NCBI GenBank assembly: GCA_947178305.1 | Contig: CAMWXV010000002.1 | Coordinates: forward strand, 16,676-80,675 | Length of the DNA stretch: 64,000 nucleotides | From: an uncultured Porphyromonadaceae bacterium | Lineage (GTDB): Bacteria > Bacteroidota > Bacteroidia > Bacteroidales > Muribaculaceae | Direction of reading: 5' to 3' | In this document: positions 29,552-37,613 of the stretch, piece after piece | How the letters are laid out: every line of letters begins with the position of its first letter | Numbering within the stretch: the first letter of the stretch is position 1 | Position numbers and translations under genes: made by a program | The notes under the pieces: model-generated | What the model was told of the DNA's origin: nothing | The model's input: only the letters and a program-made list of their open reading frames with translations | Database searches by the model: none

Positions 29552-30823
29552 ATGAGAGAGATGACAAACGAACCTAAAATCGTGAACGGAGCCAATGGTG
29601 GCTCTCATGTGAGTGACGGCCCCCTGACCACCACCGCAATACGCGAAGCCTCACCCGATTTGCTTCTAAGCGAAATAGACCAACGAGTTGTAAAAGTGCG
29701 TCCGATGGCCACACCTGTTGACCAAATATCACGCATGGTGGGAGCACGCAAGGCCAAGTCCATGGTGGTGGAGTATTACTCCGTGGACTCTAAAGCGGTG
29801 GTGGCTCGCTCCAAAAATATTGTACAAAGCGATGACAACGATATTGACGGCATGACCACCTACCTGCTCAAAACCGACAACGACAGCATATTCTCTGCCA
29901 CAGAAACCATTCTCGCCCCTACGGTAAGCGGCCAGGATGCCAACGGCAATGACACCGGCAAGCTACTTATGTATGTACTTGACAAAACAGATGCCGGCCT
30001 AAAAGTAGTGATGGTCAATGCCTCAGGCAACACCGCAGCGACAATCAACAGCCTGAATGCCGGCAAACGTCTTGTGAGAATGGGACGAGCCGCCGCAGAG
30101 CTGGATGTTCAGACTCCGCAATTCGAGGCTCTACCGAAGAAAGCAAGCAACTACTGTCAAATCTTCAAGGCTCAGATAGAACAAAGCACATATGCCAAAC
30201 TATCGGCCAAAGAGGTGGGCTGGGGGTTCAGCGACCAAGAAGAGGTAGCCATAATGGATATGCGCATGGGCATGGAAAAGAACTTTTTGTTTGGCTCCAA
30301 GGCCCGTATCACCGACCCGCGAAAAATGGACGAAGTGCTGTTCACCCAAGGGATATGGGAACAAGCGGGAAGCGAGGAGGAACTGGATGTAGCCAATCTT
30401 ACTATGGAAGACCTGGTAAGGGTGATGCGCACAGCGTTTACAGGCGATGCCTCGGGAAGCAACAAGAAGGTGTTTATAGGAGGTTCTGCTCTGATAGAGG
30501 CAATCAACAACCTTGAATACACCCGCGTGGTGGGAGCTTCGCAAACCACTACCCGCTGGGGTATAGACTTTCAAGAGATTCGCTCAAAATTCGGCACTCT
30601 GTATGTGGTGCATGCCGAAATCTTTGACCAGTGCGGACTTGAGGATTGCGGCATGATTATAGACCCGGAGTATATGACCAAATATGTGCATGTGCCGTTC
30701 AAGGTGGAGCACCTTGACCTTAAAAAGAGCGGCGTGCGCAATGTGGATGCACTCGTTGTGACCGAAGCCAGCTGTCTTGTGCTCCGTCATCCCAAAGCCC
30801 ATGTAAGAATAGTGCCGGCATGA
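29552..30823 (+). CDS. Major capsid protein, HK97 fold (SU10/DUF5309-like)
   Basis: TPVDQISR, VRMGRAAAELD, NYCQIFKAQIEQST, DMRMGMEKNFLFG, FTQGIW, SKFGTL.VV, C-terminal EASCLVLRHPKAH. Confidence 0.8.
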   Translation: MREMTNEPKIVNGANGGSHVSDGPLTTTAIREASPDLLLSEIDQRVVKVRPMATPVDQISRMVGARKAKSMVVEYYSVDSKAVVARSKNIVQSDDNDIDGMTTYLLKTDNDSIFSATETILAPTVSGQDANGNDTGKLLMYVLDKTDAGLKVVMVNASGNTAATINSLNAGKRLVRMGRAAAELDVQTPQFEALPKKASNYCQIFKAQIEQSTYAKLSAKEVGWGFSDQEEVAIMDMRMGMEKNFLFGSKARITDPRKMDEVLFTQGIWEQAGSEEELDVANLTMEDLVRVMRTAFTGDASGSNKKVFIGGSALIEAINNLEYTRVVGASQTTTRWGIDFQEIRSKFGTLYVVHAEIFDQCGLEDCGMIIDPEYMTKYVHVPFKVEHLDLKKSGVRNVDALVVTEASCLVLRHPKAHVRIVPA

Positions 30824-31374
30824 TGTGGCCTGTATCAAAACTTCATCCGGAGCAGTTGGTGCAGATATTTGCACTGCGCAGGGGGTTCGAGCCCCTGCGC
30901 TCCGACTGCACCGTGAGCCGCACAGACGGAGTTGATTTACACGAAGTCATGCAACACGAGATTCGCAGCCTGTATGCCAAGGCTCTTATGGAACTACCAT
31001 TGGAACAACTACCTACAGAGAATGCCACCACACAGACCAGCTTAATAGTGTTACCTGACGGCAGCGCAGTGGTGGATCTGCCAACCGGCACTGTCAGAAC
31101 AGGCGAGGTGAAACTCAGCAGCTGGATGCGCAGCACTGTGCCATTGCCAGCAGACCATCCCGTGGCACAAATCCAGAGTAACAGATGGAGCCGCGGCTTA
31201 TGTCATGAGCCGGTAGCAGTGTTGCGTGGAAACAGGGTATATCTGTATTCTCCGGACAAACAGGGCGACGCCATAGAACTCCTTGAGGTTGTACGTATGC
31301 CGGATGCTGAATCTTTCTATGCGGTAACAGAACCGATAATGACATTCATATCTTCCAATCTGTTTGCTTTATGA
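30820..31374 (+). CDS. Putative head-completion/head-tail adaptor-like protein
   Basis: GSAVVDLPTGTVR resembles the LPxDxxR motif of podovirus adaptors; between MCP and portal genes and coupled to both by ATGA overlaps. Confidence 0.45.
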   Translation: MMWPVSKLHPEQLVQIFALRRGFEPLRSDCTVSRTDGVDLHEVMQHEIRSLYAKALMELPLEQLPTENATTQTSLIVLPDGSAVVDLPTGTVRTGEVKLSSWMRSTVPLPADHPVAQIQSNRWSRGLCHEPVAVLRGNRVYLYSPDKQGDAIELLEVVRMPDAESFYAVTEPIMTFISSNLFAL

Positions 31375-32765
31375 AACATGACTACTTACAATTGGCTCAC
31401 GAAGCCTATATGGCGGCAAGCGACCTTCGCAAGCGCCGCCGGCGGTACAAACGCTACACATATGGAGCTCAATGGGACGACCCGGTGACAGGCCCTACCG
31501 GAGAGGTGACAACCGAAGGAGAGCTCGCCGCCGCCAACGGCAATCGTCCGCTGACCAACAATATGATACGCCAGATGGTGAAGTGCGTGGTGGGCAATTT
31601 CAGAAACGGAATGCACGACAACAACAACGGCGGTACGGCCGTGAACAGGGAAATATCCGTGCGCAATGCTCTTGACGAACTTGACAGCCGCATGCTTGAA
31701 GAGTTTCTCATTTCCGGATGTGCCATACAGCGAGTAGTGTCGGAACACCGCATGGGTGGATGCGGTGTGTGGGTGGACAATATCAGCCCCGAAGAGTTTT
31801 TTGTCAATGCTTTTCGTGACCCACGCGGCCTTGACATAGAGCTTGTGGGCATGCTGCACTCCATGAGCCGCAGGGAACTACTGATGCGTTTCGGCAAAGG
31901 CTCCGGAACTAAAGCAATGAATCTCAACGGTATTTACGACCGAATAGAAAGTGGCGGGCACCATGAGCTTGGTACAGATGCTGAAAACGAGTTTTACACA
32001 GCTCCCGCAGGACGATGCCGTGTAATAGAGGTATGGACACTTGAAAGCCGTAACATCGTGAAATGTCACGACCGTATGAACGCCGGCACCTTCACTGTGT
32101 CGCCGGAACAAGCCGCGGCCATAAGACGCATAAACACCGAACGAGGACGATCAGGACAAGAGACCATTGAAATGTTGGCCCGCACCACTATGCGCTGGCA
32201 TTGCAGATACTACGCCCCAAGCGGTGAGCTGCTGGATGAATACGATTCACCATACATGCACGGCATGCATCCGTTTATCGTGAAAATGTATCCGCTGATA
32301 GACGGAGAAGTACACTCGTTTGTGGAAGATGTCGTTGACCAACAGAAATACATCAACAGGCTCATCACACTGATGGACCATGTGCTTGGCTCTTCGGCCA
32401 AAGGTGTGCTTCTGTTTCCGGTAGACCAAAAGCCCGATGGCATAAGCTGGAAGGAACTTGGCGCCATGTGGGCTAACACCAACTCGGTAATCCCCTACTA
32501 TCGCAACGGTAATGGGGCGGAACCGCGACAAGTGGTGGGAGGAGGAGAACATTCGGGTGCGAATCAACTGCTGGACATAGAGTTGAAACTCCTGCAACAG
32601 ATTTCAGGTGTAAGCGGGGCTTTACAAGGACAGATTGGCAGAGCCGACACTTCGGCAGCTTTGTTTGAAGCACAAACGCGCAATGCTTCTGTGGCTCTGC
32701 GGGATTTGCTTGACACTTTCCACAGTTTTCGTGAATTACGAAATATCAAAATAGCCCAGACATAA
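31371..32765 (+). CDS. Portal protein, P22-like, C-terminally short
   Basis: AQWDD, PLTNNMIRQMV..VVG, RDPRG.D, CRVIEVW, HPFIVKMYPLIDGEVHSFVEDVVDQQKYINRL, ISGVSGALQG. Confidence 0.75.
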   Translation: MKHDYLQLAHEAYMAASDLRKRRRRYKRYTYGAQWDDPVTGPTGEVTTEGELAAANGNRPLTNNMIRQMVKCVVGNFRNGMHDNNNGGTAVNREISVRNALDELDSRMLEEFLISGCAIQRVVSEHRMGGCGVWVDNISPEEFFVNAFRDPRGLDIELVGMLHSMSRRELLMRFGKGSGTKAMNLNGIYDRIESGGHHELGTDAENEFYTAPAGRCRVIEVWTLESRNIVKCHDRMNAGTFTVSPEQAAAIRRINTERGRSGQETIEMLARTTMRWHCRYYAPSGELLDEYDSPYMHGMHPFIVKMYPLIDGEVHSFVEDVVDQQKYINRLITLMDHVLGSSAKGVLLFPVDQKPDGISWKELGAMWANTNSVIPYYRNGNGAEPRQVVGGGEHSGANQLLDIELKLLQQISGVSGALQGQIGRADTSAALFEAQTRNASVALRDLLDTFHSFRELRNIKIAQT

Positions 32766-32822
32766 GCACCGTGTTAACATTTATTCACACGACAGTGTTG
32801 GCATAAATACCCATACAACATG

Positions 32823-32830
32823 TAGTTTTG
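32823..32830 (+). promoter_or_regulatory. Internal sigma-A -7 element (TAGTTTTG) before the last two module genes
   Basis: TAnnTTTG 26 nt before ATG 32857, in a 91-nt intergenic gap. Confidence 0.5.
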
Positions 32831-32856
32831 CCAATACAAAAAACAAGCCCAATGCT

Positions 32857-33291
32857 ATGATTACGATTGATGACAATTCACCTCACAGAATGAGGCAACA
32901 AAAGGCGCTGGATTTTTACCATGCGTGCCGCAATGTGATGCAAGCTGACCGTACCGCCCGGCTCACCGAAGCCAGGGTGGTGCAAAAAGCTCTGGAAATG
33001 GAAGCACCACGCTATTATGTAACCGATGAGTATGCCCAAAAGGTTGTACACCGGATGCTCAAAGGCAGAATGGAAATCTCAGCATACGGTCCAAAAGCTG
33101 ACCAATGGCGCGAGATTATGCAAAAAGTGCGCCATGTGCGGTCTACCCTTGGCGTAAGAACAGAAGAAGCCGTGTGGCGCGTGCTCGAGAGCAAGGCTTC
33201 AAGCTATTTTGTAAGCCCGGAACAAGCGTACCGCCTTTATTTGCGTGGCAAAAATTTGATGAGAAACAATAATAGAAAGGAGGCGATATGA
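32857..33291 (+). CDS. Basic hypothetical protein with an internal duplication, possibly DNA-binding
   Basis: Two similar segments, ALEMEAPRYYVTDEYAQKVV and VLESKASSYFVSPEQAYRLY; R/K-rich. Confidence 0.6.
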   Translation: MITIDDNSPHRMRQQKALDFYHACRNVMQADRTARLTEARVVQKALEMEAPRYYVTDEYAQKVVHRMLKGRMEISAYGPKADQWREIMQKVRHVRSTLGVRTEEAVWRVLESKASSYFVSPEQAYRLYLRGKNLMRNNNRKEAI

Positions 33292-33749
33292 TTACACAAC
33301 TGAGCTTGAATGTAAGCGCCGTGGCCGATGAGGTATTGGCAGAAACTGCATTACGGCATTTTTTGAGTACTGACAACAAACCGGTATTGAGCCGTGATCG
33401 CATGGAAGCCTTGGAACTGATGGTTCACGCCTCTTTTGCAAGAATGTGTCTGCGCATGATCGGATGTGTGGTGAATTGTTCCTGCGGATGCGAGACGCAA
33501 ACCAATCCGTCGGGACAAAAATTGCTCAGCCTTGACATAGAACATGAGCCTACAGCAAGCGCACTGACATGGACACACGCGCTTGAGCACGCCTTGGCTA
33601 TGGATGTGCTCAGCGAATCCTTGAGTGGAGTTGATCCCAAAGCATCGGAGATGTATGGACACAGAAGCAACGACTTGATTTCAGGAGTTATGAGAGATGT
33701 GTCATTTTCAGGAATCAAGGGCACCAGGATTGTACCACACATGTATTGA
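33288..33749 (+). CDS. Hypothetical protein (possible head-completion protein)
   Basis: 153-aa mostly helical ORF, ATGA-coupled to the upstream gene and preceded by AAAGGAGG. Confidence 0.6.
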   Translation: MITQLSLNVSAVADEVLAETALRHFLSTDNKPVLSRDRMEALELMVHASFARMCLRMIGCVVNCSCGCETQTNPSGQKLLSLDIEHEPTASALTWTHALEHALAMDVLSESLSGVDPKASEMYGHRSNDLISGVMRDVSFSGIKGTRIVPHMY

Positions 33750-33753
33750 TGCA

Positions 33754-33790
33754 ACAACAGGGTGCGCCTTTTTCAGGCACACCCTTTGTT
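33754..33790. terminator. Probable bidirectional terminator between the capsid module and secG
   Basis: AGGGTGCGCCT/AGGCACACCCT stem with TTGTT on both sides in the respective orientation. Confidence 0.7.
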
Positions 33791-33820
33791 ATACATATAG
33801 GGAGATTACTCTATCTCTGA

Positions 33821-34162
33821 TTATTTGGCAGGAGCCTGTGCGGGAGCGGGCGCAGGAGCCGCTTCAGGAGCCGGAGTGTTGTAGTCACCGCCCTGTACTT
33901 GCTCGGTAGGTGTTACTCGCGACTGATTGGGAGTGATGGCGGCAGGCATGAAGAATGTGGAGAGGATGGCGAGCAGGCATATAGCACCGGCCAAAGTCCA
34001 AGTGGCTTTTTCAATAAAATTGGTGGTGCGACGCACGCCCATGATATTGTTTGAACCGGCAAAGGTGGAGGACAGGCCACCGCCTTTGGATTTCTGCATA
34101 AGAACAACGCCTATCAAAAGTACAGACGCAATGAGTGTAAGAACAACTAAAAGTGCAAACAT
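33821..34162 (-). CDS. secG: Preprotein translocase subunit SecG
   Basis: VLMQKSKGGGLSSTF.G...GVRRTTNFIEKATW. Confidence 0.95.
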   Translation of the reverse strand: MFALLVVLTLIASVLLIGVVLMQKSKGGGLSSTFAGSNNIMGVRRTTNFIEKATWTLAGAICLLAILSTFFMPAAITPNQSRVTPTEQVQGGDYNTPAPEAAPAPAPAQAPAK

Positions 34163-34197
34163 ATTGCAGTGTTAATGTATTGGTGTTAAAAACAGAG

Positions 34198-34944
34198 TTA
34201 TTTATTGTTGGCCAAACGCTGACTGGCAATCAATTTGCGCAGAAAGCGTAATTGGTCTGCAAAGTAAATACTTTTTTCCGGAAAATTCAAACTTAATTGA
34301 CTTATAATTTCATAAGCCTTGTCGTAACGGTGACGTTTGATGTAGAATTTGGCCAAACTTTCGCTTAATGGAGAATCTGCGGCAGGAGTTGACACCTTAC
34401 GAGCCTTATGATGAGCTTGCTCCGGTGCCGGGGCTGCCATGCGGGACGATTCAGCCGGATATGATGCCAGGAAAGCATCAAGCCGAGAATCCTGCTCGCT
34501 GGTGACAGCGGGCTCCGATTGTGGTTCTTCTTGACTTTCCTTTATAAGCACTGACGCATAGTCAGTGGCCACAGGGTTAAATATCAATTTTTCAAGCAAT
34601 GCTTGTTCTTTTGGGTCTGGATTGCCGTAGTTTTGCATAAAAGTGTCAAGAGCATCTTCGGTGGTCGGTGTTACCGAGGTCTGTAAATCGGGATAAAATC
34701 GTGCAAATCGCGGTCCTTCTGAGTCCATCAGGCTAAAAAGCGTACGTGGATTTGCAGCATTGAGCGCCACACGCGCCATAAGCAACTGTCTGCGTTCGGA
34801 AGGAGGCGAAGAATGCTTCAGCTCCATAGCAGCCGGAAGCGTAAAGTAAGGATACAACTCGGCCAACGCATCGGTGAGTTGAGGCAGCGGAGCCTCAGCT
34901 TTTGAAACAGTGTTGAGAAAAGCTTGTAAAGGAGTGCTGTCCAT
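34198..34944 (-). CDS. Conserved hypothetical protein with C-terminal TPR-like motif
   Basis: YPYF near the N-terminus; SESLAKFYIKRHRYDKAYEII..LSLNFPEKSIYFADQ; usual position between lptE and secG. Confidence 0.8.
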   Translation of the reverse strand: MDSTPLQAFLNTVSKAEAPLPQLTDALAELYPYFTLPAAMELKHSSPPSERRQLLMARVALNAANPRTLFSLMDSEGPRFARFYPDLQTSVTPTTEDALDTFMQNYGNPDPKEQALLEKLIFNPVATDYASVLIKESQEEPQSEPAVTSEQDSRLDAFLASYPAESSRMAAPAPEQAHHKARKVSTPAADSPLSESLAKFYIKRHRYDKAYEIISQLSLNFPEKSIYFADQLRFLRKLIASQRLANNK

Positions 34945-34956
34945 GAGTGATCAAAG

Positions 34957-35484
34957 TTACCAGTTTCCGAGTGTGGCATTGAATATCAACTGCACCAGCT
35001 CCTCACAAATGGCCTGACACAGCTCGTCCTGTACATCTGTGAGCATTTGGGAACTGTCAAAATCCTGATAGGCACTGAATGTCTGGTCAATATCTTTGCC
35101 TTGCTGCTTGTTGTCCAGATATTTCACTCTCACTTGAATAGTCAAACGCGTCTTGGACGCATAGGCATCTTCCGTAACCGCCTGAGGCGAAAGCGAGTAT
35201 CCGGTAATCTCTCCTTCAAGCTGAAGATCCGAGGCTCCGTCTACTGTTTGCAAACGGGTATTACGAGTAATATAATTAATCAGCTCGTTTTCAAACATCT
35301 GCTGAAGAGGAGGGTATACAAGGGCAGCTCGTATAGGAAAGTTTGACACCCTTATGGTATGGTACACATTGTAATCAATGGCTGCACCGTTGAGAGTCAC
35401 GTTGATATGGCAGGCGCTGAGTGGAAGAATCATCAGCACCAAGGCCATCCATATACGGAAATTATGAGCAATCTTGTAAATCAT
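34957..35484 (-). CDS. lptE: LPS assembly lipoprotein LptE family
   Basis: Lipobox LSAC; DLQLEGEITGY; ends IFNATLGNW. Confidence 0.85.
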   Translation of the reverse strand: MIYKIAHNFRIWMALVLMILPLSACHINVTLNGAAIDYNVYHTIRVSNFPIRAALVYPPLQQMFENELINYITRNTRLQTVDGASDLQLEGEITGYSLSPQAVTEDAYASKTRLTIQVRVKYLDNKQQGKDIDQTFSAYQDFDSSQMLTDVQDELCQAICEELVQLIFNATLGNW

Positions 35485-35517
35485 GACTGCAAAATTACTA
35501 ATTTTTTTTGAGTGGGG

Positions 35518-35952
35518 TCAATATTTACGTAGCGTGATCACGGTGCCTTCGGGCGTGACAAGAGTAAGATTCTTAGCCGACAGATGCTCAACATTGAAAC
35601 TGGTGACATAAGGACGCTCATAGGGATTTTCCGGAACATCCAGACCCCATTCATTGAAATCGGAAGTCCAAGCAGGAACCTCCACTGATATTGTTGAAGC
35701 GCTCTCGTCATAAACCATATTGCCGGTGTGATTGAATATGGATCCAGGGGCAAACTGTATTGTATAGCGATAGAACGAGATGTAACGATTCGGTGATGTC
35801 GGCACAACCTCATCTCCGTCAACATACTGAATACGGAGCACCTGCCATTGGGCATCAAGCTCACCGTTGATAGGCGTGTCTGCACAGCTATGCACCACTC
35901 CGGCCATAAGAGCCAGAATCATTATGATTTGAAACACTCTTTTCATATCCAT
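35518..35952 (-). CDS. Lipocalin-like domain lipoprotein
   Basis: Lipobox VHSC, NGELDAQWQV, ends ITLRKY; coupled to the Wzi-like gene. Confidence 0.75.
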   Translation of the reverse strand: MDMKRVFQIIMILALMAGVVHSCADTPINGELDAQWQVLRIQYVDGDEVVPTSPNRYISFYRYTIQFAPGSIFNHTGNMVYDESASTISVEVPAWTSDFNEWGLDVPENPYERPYVTSFNVEHLSAKNLTLVTPEGTVITLRKY

Positions 35953-37457
35953 CCGGTTTTTCTGATTGACAACTGCACTCCGAAACTGCGGCCAAGCAAT
36001 TCTCCGGCATCAAGGCCGAGGCTGAGGGTGCCACTCCATCCGCTCAACCTTGCCGGATGGTAGTCTACTTCACATAAAGCACTGAAACTACGGGCAATCT
36101 CAGGCGTGGGAACATCGTATGTGCCCCAACTACGCCAATAAGTCAGTTTCACACGATAGTTTATCTGCTGGCACGGATTGCCTTCTATGCCTATATGATG
36201 ACCTTTGATTCGGTTGTGATAAAAATAAAGATGATGATTGGTATTATATATCGGTGACACAAGCATCGGATTACCCAGCCCCATGCCCCAGTGACTTGAA
36301 CCAACATCAAGATAATGATTATAGTAATTGTCGCGTCCGCTCACCTGATGAGGTATTTCGGGAGACTTGTCCCAATAAATAGGTGCACTTTGATCGCGGG
36401 TGCTGACATATTCATACAAAAATTTTGTCGCCACAGGGTTTGAGGGGAATTTCACCTCAAATCCCAAGAGCATATCGCGCCACAAATAATCACAAAACAT
36501 CATGGAATGATCCTCAAAGAAATGCTGGAAATATACACGTGTGCTCCAGTCTCGCTCTGTGTCATTCCATTTCAAAGCCATGTTCCATTGACCGGTATGA
36601 TTACCGGTCACATTGGTCTCTTCTCCAATCAATCCATTACCGCCTCCTTGGTCTCCACCCATAGGAATAAATACCTTACCCCAATATTTCAAACCATTTG
36701 GCATTTTTATCAGTGTCAAGTCATACGGTTCTTTGGAGCTTCGGCTATAAACCGACCCTCCGAACTGAGCTGACATCTCCAATGCACCCTCAAAAGTCAA
36801 CGGAAATTTGTCCTCACGGCCAAAACGCACAAACAACCCCTTGGAGTGATACAGGCGGTGCACCGAGCGCTTGGCTCCCGGCAGCGACATATTCACCCAC
36901 GAATGCTGCCAATTACTGTCGGTGAACAGTCCGTATGAGGCATATCCTCTGATCCACATCCAATTGTTGGTAAACGGCACCGGCTCATAATTGGGCATCT
37001 CGCCCCTCACCTGCGGTATGGGGCGCGCATTAGGACTGAGAAGCATGTCGCCCGAGCTAAGACGTTCATCCAAGAATCCTTCTGTGTGCTCTCTTGCTCC
37101 TACTGTAAGTTGCAACGACCGCCATCTTACAGCGCCATAGAGCTGCTGGATAACAAACGGCGATGAGAGGTCGTATCCACCGGCAATATCCACTGCCGCA
37201 CTCCATGAAAAACGTGGCTTGTAATCCATGTGACGAAACACTCCGGCACGCAAAAATCCATAGTTTGGACGCTGCGATGACAAGCCGAACTTATTGGCTG
37301 AGAGCCAAAACGGAGAGTGCGAACCGGTGGAGATTGTAGCCTGCGCCTCTGCACTGTAGCTGAACAAGCTGTCTCGCGCTGCTGTAGTCGGCTCTGCGTA
37401 AACCAAGGAGCAAAATGCAGTCGCCGTGGCTATGGCGCAAATTTTAAGAATATTCAT
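35943..37457 (-). CDS. Capsule assembly Wzi family outer membrane protein
   Basis: PFWLSANKFGLSS, SGDMLLSPNARPIPQVR, GRDNYYNH, GLGNPMLVSPIYN; signal peptide from ATG 37457. Confidence 0.85.
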   Translation of the reverse strand: MNILKICAIATATAFCSLVYAEPTTAARDSLFSYSAEAQATISTGSHSPFWLSANKFGLSSQRPNYGFLRAGVFRHMDYKPRFSWSAAVDIAGGYDLSSPFVIQQLYGAVRWRSLQLTVGAREHTEGFLDERLSSGDMLLSPNARPIPQVRGEMPNYEPVPFTNNWMWIRGYASYGLFTDSNWQHSWVNMSLPGAKRSVHRLYHSKGLFVRFGREDKFPLTFEGALEMSAQFGGSVYSRSSKEPYDLTLIKMPNGLKYWGKVFIPMGGDQGGGNGLIGEETNVTGNHTGQWNMALKWNDTERDWSTRVYFQHFFEDHSMMFCDYLWRDMLLGFEVKFPSNPVATKFLYEYVSTRDQSAPIYWDKSPEIPHQVSGRDNYYNHYLDVGSSHWGMGLGNPMLVSPIYNTNHHLYFYHNRIKGHHIGIEGNPCQQINYRVKLTYWRSWGTYDVPTPEIARSFSALCEVDYHPARLSGWSGTLSLGLDAGELLGRSFGVQLSIRKTGWI

Positions 37458-37477
37458 GGTCAAATCGTTATAAGCGT

Positions 37478-37558
37478 CAAAGATAGTAATAAGCGAGAGC
37501 AATGACAAATAAATTTGTCATTGCCAAGCGAAAGTATCTAAGGCGATAGCCAAAGATA
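37478..37558 (-). repeat. Palindrome-containing element bounded by two TATCTTTG (-7 promoter) copies
   Basis: CAAAGATA at 37478 and 37551; perfect 12-bp inverted repeat GCAATGACAAAT/ATTTGTCATTGC at 37499-37524. Confidence 0.6.
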
Positions 37559-37613
37559 AAAATAATTCTTTATCTTTAACCCAAAACCATAATAAAAGTC
37601 AACACATATTTTA

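Larger units (their letters stand above)
29141..33749 (+). other. Stand-alone phage-derived head morphogenesis module (domesticated capsid / GTA-like candidate)
   Basis: Six intact co-directional ORFs including MCP-like and portal-like genes; three ATGA overlaps; flanked by birA and secG; no integrase, att sites, large terminase, tail or lysis genes. Confidence 0.75.

Noticed and set aside
29552-30823. Classical encapsulin nanocompartment
   Set aside because: The 423-aa protein has phage MCP-type motifs and is accompanied by a portal-like gene; no DyP, ferritin-like or desulfurase cargo gene is adjacent.
30881-30890. GGGGGTTCGA identical to the tRNA-Val T-arm (11050-11059) as a possible attR
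   Set aside because: Only 10 nt, inside an intact ORF, and the 20 kb between the two copies holds core genes (cydAB, rplU, sdhCAB).
29031-33820. Calling the capsid module an intact or inducible prophage, or a PICI/satellite
   Set aside because: No integrase, primase/replication, repressor, large terminase, tail or lysis genes. The flanks share only a 6-bp CAACAG, which is not a credible att pair.
33824-33880. Repeated GCAGGAGC/GCGGG units at the end of secG
   Set aside because: They encode a Pro/Ala low-complexity tail (APAPEAAPAPAPAQAPAK) and are not a DNA repeat element.
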